Shown piece after piece: positions 44,338-53,636 of a stretch of DNA of 64,000 nucleotides. Both the position numbers and the translations under genes were made by a program. Within the stretch, counting starts at the first letter, position 1. Every line of letters begins with the position of its first letter. The stretch covers positions 45,457 through 109,456 of the forward strand of contig JASLXV010000080.1 in assembly GCA_030740155.1 (NCBI GenBank), written 5' to 3'. The DNA comes from Dehalococcoidia bacterium. Lineage in GTDB: Bacteria; Chloroflexota; Dehalococcoidia; Lucifugimonadales; UBA3495. Below the pieces are notes generated by a model, which ran no database searches, was not told where the DNA came from, and worked only from the letters and a program-made list of their open reading frames with translations.

Positions 44338-44404
44338 GCGCCTGGAGTGCTACCCCGCAAATAGCTCAACACCGGCGATATTCCGCATCCTTCCCTCCCC
44401 TCCA

Positions 44405-44478
44405 CCGTCATTCCGGCCCTTCCGTGGAAGGGGAATCCAGAAAAGCGTCGACTGGCTCCCCACCTTCGCCGGGAAGAC
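44405..44478. repeat. REP-like inverted pair, same family as the 19343 array
   Basis: CGTCATTCCGGCC..GGAATCCA and TGGCTCCCACCTTCGCCGGGAAGACG. Confidence 0.6.
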
Positions 44479-44688
44479 GGGCCAGTTATCAAGCAATCCG
44501 CCAGATACGAGGCTAGCGGCTACCCGCCATTGCGGCCGTGGTACTATGCACCTGGCGCATCAACCAGCTGCGCCGGCGGTCTTGCCGGGCGGCCAACCGG
44601 GGTCAACCGCTCAGCAAGTTCGTCTGCAAGCGAATTCGTCCAGGGCCATCACCCCCGAAAAAGGCGCTCAACAAGGGCATTGGAAATC

Positions 44689-45777
44689 ATGGCGCGAATC
44701 TCGGGTCCCACGGTCGAAGAACCCTGGCCGGCGGTTACCGCCGCCGACCGGCGACGCCTGCTGGCCGGTCTGCTGCGGGAGGTTTCCCGGACCTTCTACC
44801 TCACGCTACGGGTACTACCCTCAAGCTTGCGCGAGCCCGTCGGCTTGGCCTATCTGCTGGCCAGGGCCGCCGACACGGTGGCCGACACGCGGCTGATATC
44901 ACCGGGCGACCGCCTGGGCCATCTTCTGGGGTTCCGCGACCAGGTCAAGGGGCCGGCCCGGCTGGAAGACCTGCGGAGATTGGAGCAGGCGCTGACTGAA
45001 ATGCAGTCGAGCCCGGCGGAGCGGGAGCTGCTGACCCGACTGCCCTCGGCCTTTTCGATGCTGGAAGCGTCGCCGGAGCCGGACCGGGCCCTGGTCCGTT
45101 CCGTGGTGGTGGCCCTCACCCGCGGCATGGAGACCGACCTGACCACCTTTCCGGCGGAGGATTCCGGCCGGATCGCGGCCCTTGCTGATGACGCGGCCCT
45201 GGACCGTTACACCTATGACGTGGCCGGCTGCGTGGGCGAGTTCTGGACCGCGATCACTATGGCCCACGTTCCGGCGCTCAAGACCTGGGACGGCGAGGGG
45301 ATGGCCCGGACCGGCGTGTCATTCGGCAAGGCGCTCCAGCTGACCAACGTTCTCCGGGACGTGCCCAAGGACCTGCGTATCGGGCGCTGCTACCTGCCCC
45401 AATCCAGTCTGTCCGGCCTGGGCTTATCTCTGGAGGAGCTGTTGGACCCGTCCAGCGGCGTCACGGCTCGTCCGGTCCTGGTGGCGTGGATCGAGACGGC
45501 ACTGGGGCATTACGCTGCCGCCGAGGAGTATCTGCTGGCCATCCCCCGCCGGTGCGTGCGGCTCCGTCTCGCGGTCCTCTGGCCGGTCCTCATCGGACTG
45601 GCGACCCTGGCCCAGCTGGCCCGAAACCGGCAGTGGCTCGACCCGGACCACCCGTCTCGGGTCAGCCGCCGGTGGGTGTACCGGACCATGGCCGTCTCCT
45701 GGCCCGCCTCCCCCTCCAACCGGCTCCTACGAGCCTGGATCGCGCACCTGCGCAGACAGGTGGAGGCGGCTCTCTAG
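44689..45777 (+). CDS. Squalene/phytoene synthase family protein
   Basis: VSRTF, YLLARAADTVAD, YTYDVAGCVGEF, LQLTNVLRDVPKD..GRCYLP. Confidence 0.9.
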   Translation: MARISGPTVEEPWPAVTAADRRRLLAGLLREVSRTFYLTLRVLPSSLREPVGLAYLLARAADTVADTRLISPGDRLGHLLGFRDQVKGPARLEDLRRLEQALTEMQSSPAERELLTRLPSAFSMLEASPEPDRALVRSVVVALTRGMETDLTTFPAEDSGRIAALADDAALDRYTYDVAGCVGEFWTAITMAHVPALKTWDGEGMARTGVSFGKALQLTNVLRDVPKDLRIGRCYLPQSSLSGLGLSLEELLDPSSGVTARPVLVAWIETALGHYAAAEEYLLAIPRRCVRLRLAVLWPVLIGLATLAQLARNRQWLDPDHPSRVSRRWVYRTMAVSWPASPSNRLLRAWIAHLRRQVEAAL

Positions 45778-45860
45778 TCAGGTTGCCGTCGACTAATTAT
45801 CGCTGTCTGCCAACATTGAAGGAGAAACCGGGTTGGTCCGAACACCCAGCTCCTGCCGCC

Positions 45861-46664
45861 TTACATGACGGCTTGCTCTTCCGCTGGGATGTCGGTTATG
45901 AACATGCGGCTGGGATAGTGGGTGATCATCAGGTCCGGCTTGCTCTCCCTGACCAGCGTCTGTAGCGTCACGCCGCAGGCCCAGAACACCGGCACCTCTC
46001 CGGGCAGCAGCTTGGGACCTACCGCCCACTCCGATTTCGACATGTCGTCGATGCCGAGGGCCGCGGGATCTCCGATGTGAATCGGGGCGCCGTGATGGCC
46101 GGGAAAGCGGGAGGATACCTGCACCGCCCGGGACACCTGGTGGTTGGGTATCGGGCGCATGGTGACAACCAGCGGCCCGTGGAAGATACCGGCGGGGGTA
46201 GTGGGGATATTCGTGAGGTAGATGCCCGACCCCGTTTCCTCTCCCTGGCGCCACCGGGGCACGATTCCCGCCCCCTCCAGTGCGGCCTCGAAGGTGCCGC
46301 TGCACCCCATGAGGAAGGTCACCAGATCATCCCGCCAGTGTTGGGTGAGGTCCGATGGCTCGTCCACCACCTCGCCCTTGACCATGACACGATACCGGGC
46401 CACGTCGGTACGGATGTCGGCGCCGGGGGCCAGGTCGGAGACTATCGGGTCTCCCGGGTCCAGGACCTCCAGCAGGGGGCAAGGCTTTGGGTTACGCTGG
46501 CAGAAGAGGAGAAAGTCGAAGGCCTGGTCCCGAGGCATGATGGCAATCGCCGCGTTGGTGAAACCAAGGCAGAGGCCGCTGGTGCGGTCGGTCCACTTGC
46601 CTTCCCGGAATATTTGGCGGGCTTCCACGGGAATGGTTGGCATGTCCTGGCGCGTCAATAACAT
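45861..46664 (-). CDS. Putative hydro-lyase (DUF1445 / D-glutamate cyclase family)
   Basis: FCQRNPKPCPLL, DIRTD, GCS..FE, HGAPIHIGDP, PVFWACGVT. Confidence 0.9.
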   Translation of the reverse strand: MLLTRQDMPTIPVEARQIFREGKWTDRTSGLCLGFTNAAIAIMPRDQAFDFLLFCQRNPKPCPLLEVLDPGDPIVSDLAPGADIRTDVARYRVMVKGEVVDEPSDLTQHWRDDLVTFLMGCSGTFEAALEGAGIVPRWRQGEETGSGIYLTNIPTTPAGIFHGPLVVTMRPIPNHQVSRAVQVSSRFPGHHGAPIHIGDPAALGIDDMSKSEWAVGPKLLPGEVPVFWACGVTLQTLVRESKPDLMITHYPSRMFITDIPAEEQAVM

Positions 46665-46820
46665 TTCACTTCCCTCACTATGGTGTGGTTCAAGCATACA
46701 CCGGGGACCGGCCCGGTACAATTTCCCTTCTCCCGGGTCTCCGATCCCACGATGCGCCCTACACTCGCCGGAGGACGGAGGCTTCTCCCCCGGCGGCTTC
46801 TCCTGAAGTACCTCGCGTTG

Positions 46821-47867
46821 CTATTTGCTGTGCGATAGGTCGATCTTGCGGGTGCGAATCTTGAACGCGCCCGCATCGGTGACGGCGCTGTTGCGCCCTC
46901 CGGTGCCGCCGCCCATGATGACGAGAATATTCTCCGGGTCCGTCGCGCAGCGCATTATGCGTTCATCATCGCCGGGTTGCTCCGGACCCTGGGTGGACCC
47001 CAGACGAATCAGCTGCGCCCGGGTGCGGGTCGCGTGCTCCATCATGTATTCCTGGATGCCCCGGCGGGACCATCCGTCCCCTTGCAGCGTCAGTGCGTGC
47101 TCCGGGCCGAAGACCATCAACCACTGGGCGGGGAAGCGCCCGGCCAGGGATGTAGACCTCAAAGTATCGGCCAGGGAAGCCAGGATCCCCGCTCCGGTAT
47201 TGCTGAACGGGTTGGTCACGGTAATGGGGGAGTTGTGTGAAACCGCCACGGTGACGCAGCTGTCCTCGGCCTGAAAACCACGGCTCACGTGGAGAGGCTC
47301 CCAGGGCGAGTCCTCCTCGTTTTCCGCGATGCAGAAGGTGTACTTGCTGGGATTGCCCAGGGTCCCCCGGTCCAGCGTGCCGGGACGGGCGTCGAAGCCG
47401 TTCATGAAACAGAGCCGGATGGCCCGGCCCAGGCAGGCGTTGGCCCGGAATCCGGGACCGAAAAGGCCGTCTCTGAAGTTGACGCCGATCTGGTGCCGGA
47501 TGGGGCCGTTGACGAGCATCAGGATGGCGGGAGAGCTGGTGGAGGCCGAAGCCATGTGGACTTCGTTCTTCTCCTCTTCGAGGGTCCGCAGCGTGGTCAC
47601 CAGGATGGGGAAATACTCCGGAAGGCATCCGGCCATGACGGCGTTGGCGGCCGCGTTCTCCGAGGTCAGCACCCGCCGCCGCATCTCCACCGACAGCAGC
47701 TCCTCCTCGCCGGTCATCCCGACGTGTTCCAGCATCTCCCGGACCTTGTAATCGACCGGCGGGACGACCGGCAGCCCGTCGCTCCAGCCCAGCCGGTAAC
47801 ACTCTTCAATCGCCTCGATGGTGTCGCTGGCCTCGACCAGCTTGGACCTTTCAAACTCCATGGCCAT
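46821..47867 (-). CDS. Conserved protein of the family accompanying UGSC (seleno)proteins
   Basis: GWSDGLPVVPP, NAVMAGCLPEY, GPGFRAN..GRA, AENEEDSPW. Confidence 0.8.
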   Translation of the reverse strand: MAMEFERSKLVEASDTIEAIEECYRLGWSDGLPVVPPVDYKVREMLEHVGMTGEEELLSVEMRRRVLTSENAAANAVMAGCLPEYFPILVTTLRTLEEEKNEVHMASASTSSPAILMLVNGPIRHQIGVNFRDGLFGPGFRANACLGRAIRLCFMNGFDARPGTLDRGTLGNPSKYTFCIAENEEDSPWEPLHVSRGFQAEDSCVTVAVSHNSPITVTNPFSNTGAGILASLADTLRSTSLAGRFPAQWLMVFGPEHALTLQGDGWSRRGIQEYMMEHATRTRAQLIRLGSTQGPEQPGDDERIMRCATDPENILVIMGGGTGGRNSAVTDAGAFKIRTRKIDLSHSK

Positions 47868-48035
47868 AACTTCAAACCTCCAATTTGCCTGCCGGTTCTG
47901 TGTTCCTCGATCTGGCGCTGGCCTCAAGAAGCCCACGGAAACGGGATTAGGGCTACAATAACATAGGATGCTCTGGCTTCAGCCCAGTATACTGGATTGG
48001 GAACGCGCCCGTGACCGGCTCAGGTAGCAGGGTGT

Positions 48036-49121
48036 GTGAGTAGGAGGGCCGGCCCGCGCATGCTCCCTCCAGCAACGGAGCAGAGGGGATTTGGGGTGAG
48101 AGGAGAATGGATGGAGTCTGCACTGCCGGTTGCGGGAGCAGCCTCGATTCAGATGGTTCGTTCGAGAGGCGCCGGACCCACCGTCCGGGCTCGCCGCTCT
48201 GGTACGAAGCTCACCCATTCGCGGCCTCTGTGCTGGCTCATCGGGCTGCTGCTGCTCACCGTTGTCATCTCCGCATGTGGCGGCGACTTCTCCCTTCCGA
48301 CCGCGCCGCCTCCGGCGCCCGCTGAGGCGGTGGTTCAGATGGGTGGGGAGGTCCGTCCTCTAGCCGAGATAGTGGTATCGGGACCGGAATTTACGAACCT
48401 CCAACCCGATTCCGTGACAGTCGCGTTGGAAACCAGCATTCCGGTTGCTTGCAGCGTGGTCTACGGCACGACGAACGAGTACGGGCAAATAGCCGTTGAT
48501 ACTGACATGGCCGGCTCAGGCCACGACGATCACCATCCGGTTATGTTCCCCCTGGAGTCGGACACGACCTATTACCTAAGGTTTCAAGGGACCGGACCCG
48601 ACGGCACCCTCTACCGGAGCGAGGAGTACACCGTACGCACGCCGGCGGCCTCGAATGTGAAGGCGCCCGAAAAGCCCGGCGGAAAGAACCTGGCATTGGC
48701 GGCCAATGGTGGATCGATCTCGAGTGTCAGCAGCAATTTTGGCGGTGGAGGCGACGGCTCATCCTTCGGCGCCAATAACGCCATCGACGGCAACCTGGGC
48801 TCGGAGTGGTCGTCTCAGGGCGATGGCGACGATGCCTGGATCGAGATTGAGCTGGCCGAAGAGGCAGAAGTGTCGGCAGTCGGTTTTCGGACCCGCACCA
48901 TGGGCGCCAGCGCGCAGATATTCACCTTTCGAATCGTCGCGGATGGGAAGGACACCCCCGGACCGTTCGAACTCCCCGCCTCGAGTAGTATCTACTACTT
49001 CCCCGTCACGATAGTGGCGAGCCGGTTGAGGTTCAAGGCGGTCAAAACCAGCGGGGGCAATACCGGAGCCGTTGAGATTGAAATCTACGGCGAGTTCACG
49101 TCGGCCTTGAACGGAATGTAG
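48036..49121 (+). CDS. Lipoprotein with FN3-like and discoidin (F5/8 type C) domains; start probably downstream
   Basis: Lipobox ISAC, VVYGTT..YG, NLALAANG, NAIDGNLGSEW, AWIEIEL, EIEIYG. Confidence 0.8.
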   Translation: MSRRAGPRMLPPATEQRGFGVRGEWMESALPVAGAASIQMVRSRGAGPTVRARRSGTKLTHSRPLCWLIGLLLLTVVISACGGDFSLPTAPPPAPAEAVVQMGGEVRPLAEIVVSGPEFTNLQPDSVTVALETSIPVACSVVYGTTNEYGQIAVDTDMAGSGHDDHHPVMFPLESDTTYYLRFQGTGPDGTLYRSEEYTVRTPAASNVKAPEKPGGKNLALAANGGSISSVSSNFGGGGDGSSFGANNAIDGNLGSEWSSQGDGDDAWIEIELAEEAEVSAVGFRTRTMGASAQIFTFRIVADGKDTPGPFELPASSSIYYFPVTIVASRLRFKAVKTSGGNTGAVEIEIYGEFTSALNGM

Positions 49122-49179
49122 CCCGGTTCGCCGGGGCCGCTCCAGGCCGAACGAGCCGTGGCCGGAGGAAACCACGGGA

Positions 49180-49504
49180 CGGCGCCGCTGCCTTCGCCTC
49201 GGACCGGTTCCTGCACCGGGAAGATAGCGAGCCGGTCGTCCCGCAGGCATTCGGATACGTCGATGCCGATGGAGCCCATCTGTTTGGCCAGGCTGCGGGC
49301 CAGGTGCTGGCACAGCACGCTCTTTCCCGAGGTGGTAGATTCCTCAATCAGGGACAGGGTCCCCAGCATTACGCCTCCGCCCAGGATGGACTCCAGGCCG
49401 GTCAAGGCGCCGGCGGACCGGATGAAGACCTTGGCGCCCGGGTCGTCGAGATCCCTTGTTACTCTGGCGCTTCCGGCTGTTGCTTGACCCTCACCGGAAA
49501 TCAT
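49180..49504 (-). pseudogene. Truncated ArlH(FlaH)/KaiC-like ATPase remnant
   Basis: LESILGGG..LSLIEE..SGKSVLCQH joined directly to RSLAKQMGSIGIDV..RLAIFPV; rest of the domain absent. Confidence 0.6.
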
Positions 49505-49571
49505 GTACGATTGGCGTTGTAGCTGGGTTGATGAGGGAATTCAAGGTTGACCGGTTCGGTCAAAAGGAGAG

Positions 49572-49943
49572 ATGATGCCGGCGTTTGCTCGAGTCTTTAC
49601 CGGCGCCGATGGAAAGTCCCACCTCGAAGACATGGAGCCGCCCTTTGTCTCGTTCGTCGATACCGAGGGTGCCCATGGAGAGGGCACTCCGGTGGAGGCG
49701 GCCACCGGCATTACCATCCGGCGCAACGCTCCCGGGTATTTTCTGGATTGGCATTGCGCTCCGCGGCGCCAGTACACCATCAACATTGGGGGAGAGGTTG
49801 AGATAGGGACCGGCGATGGCGCGGTGCGGCGGTTCGGGCCGGGCTCGGTGCTGCTGGCCGAAGACCTCACCGGCCAGGGGCATACCACTCGGGTTGTGGG
49901 CACGGAGACCCGGTACACCATAGTGGTGCCGCTGGCCGGGTGA
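49572..49943 (+). CDS. Cupin-fold protein
   Basis: GADGKSH, DWHCAPRRQY, GEVEI, EDLTGQGH. Confidence 0.85.
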   Translation: MMPAFARVFTGADGKSHLEDMEPPFVSFVDTEGAHGEGTPVEAATGITIRRNAPGYFLDWHCAPRRQYTINIGGEVEIGTGDGAVRRFGPGSVLLAEDLTGQGHTTRVVGTETRYTIVVPLAG

Positions 49944-49973
49944 GTTCCGGGGCTCCCACCGAAAAGACACTGC

Positions 49974-50039
49974 CCCCTCACCCTGGTCTTATCCCTCGGG
50001 CACTCCCTTCTCCCTCAGGGAGAAGGCTAGGATGAGGGG
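49974..50039. repeat. REP-like CCCCTCACCCT/CTCCCTCAGGGAGAAGG palindromic element
   Basis: Nested imperfect inverted repeats in intergenic DNA. Confidence 0.55.
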
Positions 50040-50222
50040 CAAAGGGTACTTGCCCGCCGGTTTGATCAGGTATTCCACGCATCGGTGGTTGCTGCTGTAG
50101 TACGCGTGGAGCCGCGTTCGGGCCGCTATCCGCATTCGACGCGACCTTGCAATATAGCAGCCGCCGTGTATCATAGATGCAACCCTCGTAGTGACTTAAC
50201 CTCATCTCAGCCAGGAGGGACT

Positions 50223-50792
50223 ATGGCGGACACCGTGAATGTACGAAACATGCGCCTGGTGAATCCTCAGGGAGTGCATCTAGCCTCTGGGGCGTTCGAG
50301 TTGAACGCTCGGCCCGGTGAGTTGGCCGGCAAGCGGCTGGGCCTGCTGGAAAACTCCAAGTCGAACTCGGACAAAGTTCTCCATCAACTCGGGGAGATTT
50401 TCAAGGAAAAGCACGGTCTCAAGGACGTCGTATACCTGAGCAAGCACAGCGCCTCTCTGCCAACGAAGCCGGAGGTGATCCAGCAGATGTTGGACGGGGT
50501 GGACCTGTTGGTTACCGGGATAGGTGATTGAGGCTCCTGCAGTTCGTGCAGTGTGCACGACGGCATCGAGATGGAGCGGCTGGGCATTCCCACCGCGTCC
50601 ATAATCACCCACGTGTTCCTGAACACCGCCAAGGCCATGACCCGCATGATGGGCGTGCCCGACTACGAGTTCGTGGTGGCCCAGCATCCACTGTCCAGCC
50701 TCACCGACGATGAGTGCCGGGAGAGGGCAGCCACCATCGCACCCGACGTGGAGCGCATCCTGCTGGGCGGCAACGGCGGGCCTCGGGAATAG
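50223..50792 (+). CDS. UGSC-family selenoprotein (Sec at TGA 50529-50531)
   Basis: Two in-frame ORFs joined by GAT-TGA-GGC-TCC-TGC-AGT-TCG-TGC (D-U-G-S-C-S-S-C); RBS AGGAGGG. Confidence 0.88.
50544..50560 (+). promoter_or_regulatory. SECIS-like hairpin
   Basis: TCGTGCA-gtg-TGCACGA starting 12 nt after the UGA, G-containing loop. Confidence 0.7.
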
Positions 50793-50906
50793 ACCGGCGG
50801 GTTCTCCGGCGTCTCGTTTTCCGGAGACCCGGCTCCGCAACCTATTGCCGGCTGTGGCCACGGTTGGGATTCCGGCCGGACCGTAAACCTTGAAGAGACA
50901 GTGAGA

Positions 50907-50947
50907 AAATCCGGCACCCGACCCGAATCGGGCCGGGTGCCGGATTT
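50907..50947. terminator. Long intergenic hairpin
   Basis: AAATCCGGCACCCG..CGGGTGCCGGATTT. Confidence 0.55.
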
Positions 50948-51120
50948 GGCATCAGCGCTCTGGGCGGACCGGCATCTTGTCGGTGCACGAACTCTGAGAC
51001 CGGGCCTCGACCCGGCCCGGCTCCATGGTAGAGGCTCGTGCCTGATGGGACAGTTCCGCAGGGGACGGAGTGTGCGAGGCTCGAGGCGGCTGTTCGTTGA
51101 GCCGGCGGGTTCCACCGCGG

Positions 51121-51176
51121 TTGAAACCGGTCCGGCCTTGTGCTAGGATGAGGCTAGTTTGTTATTGAATTCACGA
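51121..51176 (+). promoter_or_regulatory. Sigma70 promoter with candidate Rex operator
   Basis: TTGAAA, 17 bp, TAGGAT with extended TG; then TTGTTATTGAATTCACGA versus the Rex consensus TTGTGAA-N4-TTCACAA. Confidence 0.55.
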
Positions 51177-51217
51177 ACTTCTCTCCCGTTTACCAACCCC
51201 CCCAAGGAGCCCGGCTG

Positions 51218-51709
51218 ATGGATGGGCTGAGACAACGAATCAGCAATGCGGTCCACGGCCAGACCCAGCCCACCGTCACCGTTCTCTCCACCCTGTTGGC
51301 CGTGGAGGATGAGTTGGGTTACATACCCAGGGAAGCGGTGGGTGAGGTAGCCGTTTTCACCAGGGCCACCGTCAACGATGTGTGGGCCGTGGCCTCTTTC
51401 TACCCCAATTTCCGCTTCGAGCCTCCTTCCGACCACCAGGTGGAGCTTTGCTGGGGCGCCTCCTGTCACCTGTTGGGCGCCATGGCCCTGATAGACTCGG
51501 TGTTCGATACCACCGGAATGGAAGAAGAGGGAGAGACCCCTGACCGCCGGCTGTCGGTGCGGCTCAATACCTGCTTGGGGGCCTGCGCCCAAGCCCCCGT
51601 AATTTCCATCGACCATCAACTTATCGGGAGACTCTCTCCCGACGAAGCTCGCCGGAAGGTCGCCGAGTTGCTGGGTGGCCCCGGCGCCGGCGGAGGGCCC
51701 GGCGTTTAG
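51218..51709 (+). CDS. NuoE-like [2Fe-2S] subunit
   Basis: VASFYPNF, CWGASCH, CLGACAQAP. Confidence 0.9.
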   Translation: MDGLRQRISNAVHGQTQPTVTVLSTLLAVEDELGYIPREAVGEVAVFTRATVNDVWAVASFYPNFRFEPPSDHQVELCWGASCHLLGAMALIDSVFDTTGMEEEGETPDRRLSVRLNTCLGACAQAPVISIDHQLIGRLSPDEARRKVAELLGGPGAGGGPGV

Positions 51710-51848
51710 CCGGGACGCCATCCGGACCCGTGGGGTTCGATATTCGCGGAGGGCCGTAGCCGGGATGGCGTCCCGAACGCCGGGCGCTTCGAGCCTGGGA
51801 GTAAGGCCCGAGTACTGTGAGGCCCGAGTATAAGGAACGAAGATTGGC

Positions 51849-53636
51849 ATGGCGCCTAGCTTCCAAGAAATCGACGCCGAGGCCCAAGATCGCTGGCTTG
51901 AGTTGACGGCAGGGGACCGGCCCTGGATTCGCATAGGCACCGCGTTGTGTGGGCAGGCGGCCGGCTGCGAACCGGTGTTGGCGGCGATAGAGGATGCGTT
52001 GCGGAGCCGAGGACTCGCGGCCAACGCCAGCCGGGTAGGGTGCCTGGGCTTGTGCTATGCCGAGCCTCTGGTGGATGTCCAACTTCCTGGCGGACCCAGG
52101 ATTTTCTACGGAAACGTTACCCCCGAGGACGCGGAGAAGATCGTCGCTTCGCACGTGGCCCTCGGCACGCCGGTGGAGGACCTGGCCATCGGCTACCTCG
52201 CTTCCGGTATTGACCCGTTGGAAGCCGCCAAGGCAGCCTCGGGCGTTCAGGACCTGGACCGGCACCCGATGCGGTTGTGGGAAACCCGCATCGCCCTGCG
52301 CAACGCGGGCAATATAGACCCCAAGGACATCCACCAGTATGTCGCCACTGGGGGCTACCAGGCGCTTCATCAGGCGCTGACCGGGATGACCCCGGCCGAG
52401 ACGCTGGAGCAGGTGGCCCTGTCCGGCCTTCGGGGGCGCGGCGGCGCCGCCTTCCCCACGGGCACCAAGTGGCGGTTCCTGGCCGGCTCCAACGCTCCGG
52501 TAAAGTACATTCTGTGCAACTGCGAAGAGGGCGACCCCGGAGCGTTCAACGACAAAGCGATCCTCGAGAGTGACCCTCACACCCTGATTGAAGGGATAAT
52601 CTTGGCCGGTTACGCCACAGGGTCCGGCAACGGGTACATTTTCATCCGCCACGGGCACGAGGGCCCAGTCGAGACCTGCCGTACCGCCGTCCGCCAGGCC
52701 CATGAGCTGGGTCTGCTCGGCGATAATATCCTCGGCTCCGGCTTCAGTTTCCAATTGGAGGTGGCGCTGACCGGCGACTCCTACGTGGCCGGCGAGGAAA
52801 GCGGCCTGATGGAGGCCATCGAGGGCAAACGGGCCATGCCCCGGTTCCGCCCCCCCTTCCCCGCCCAGGTGGGGCTGTTCGGCAAGCCCAGCAACATCAA
52901 CAACGTCAAGACCCTCTCCTACGTGCCGGAAATCATCTCCAGGGGCGGCCAGTGGTTCGCCGGCATCGGCCACGACAAGAGTACGGGCACCGCAATATTG
53001 TGCCTCACCGGCGCCCTGAATTACACGGGCATGATTGAGGTGCCCCTGGGCACCAACTTGAAGGATGTGCTATACGAGGCGGCTGGAGGCGTGCCCAACG
53101 GCAAGGCCCTGAAGCTGGTCCAGACGGGCGGGCCCTTGGGCGGCGTTCTGGGCGCTGGCAATGTCGACGTGATCCTGGACTTCGAGATTCTCCGGGAGGC
53201 GGGCGCGATAATGGGATCGGGCGGCATCATAGCCGCCGACGAAGACACCTGCGCGGTCGACCTGACCCGGGCGTTGATAGCGTTCTGCCAGTACGAATCG
53301 TGCGGCAAATGCTTCCCATGCCGGATGGGGATGAGCCATCTGCTGGAAGTCCTCGAGCGAATCTGCCGGTTTGAGGGCGTTCCCGAGGACCTGGAGCTGA
53401 TGCGAAAGGTGGGGGAAGACATGCAGGCGGGCTCCCTGTGCGGCCACGGCCAGTTGGGGTTCAACCCGGTGGCGTCGGCGCTGCGGCATTTTAGAGGGGA
53501 GTTCGAGACCCACATTCAAGACCGCCGGTGCCCCACGGGGCGCTGCCTGGCCCCTCGTTTCACGCCGCGCATGTCACGAAGGGCGAAGGGCCCCGGAGGG
53601 AGCCTGGTATCGGGCGGTGCGTCTATCCACCGCTGA
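51849..53636 (+). CDS. NuoF-like FMN/NAD(P)H-binding subunit with N-terminal thioredoxin-like Fe-S domain
   Basis: GCLGLCYAEP, SGLRGRGGAAFPTG, EGDPGA, ESCGKCFPCR, SLCGHGQ. Confidence 0.93.
   Translation: MAPSFQEIDAEAQDRWLELTAGDRPWIRIGTALCGQAAGCEPVLAAIEDALRSRGLAANASRVGCLGLCYAEPLVDVQLPGGPRIFYGNVTPEDAEKIVASHVALGTPVEDLAIGYLASGIDPLEAAKAASGVQDLDRHPMRLWETRIALRNAGNIDPKDIHQYVATGGYQALHQALTGMTPAETLEQVALSGLRGRGGAAFPTGTKWRFLAGSNAPVKYILCNCEEGDPGAFNDKAILESDPHTLIEGIILAGYATGSGNGYIFIRHGHEGPVETCRTAVRQAHELGLLGDNILGSGFSFQLEVALTGDSYVAGEESGLMEAIEGKRAMPRFRPPFPAQVGLFGKPSNINNVKTLSYVPEIISRGGQWFAGIGHDKSTGTAILCLTGALNYTGMIEVPLGTNLKDVLYEAAGGVPNGKALKLVQTGGPLGGVLGAGNVDVILDFEILREAGAIMGSGGIIAADEDTCAVDLTRALIAFCQYESCGKCFPCRMGMSHLLEVLERICRFEGVPEDLELMRKVGEDMQAGSLCGHGQLGFNPVASALRHFRGEFETHIQDRRCPTGRCLAPRFTPRMSRRAKGPGGSLVSGGASIHR

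Noticed and set aside
50793..51120. Moco or other riboswitch upstream of the redox operon
   Set aside because: Hairpins are present but no recognisable aptamer consensus, and the region lies upstream of the predicted promoter
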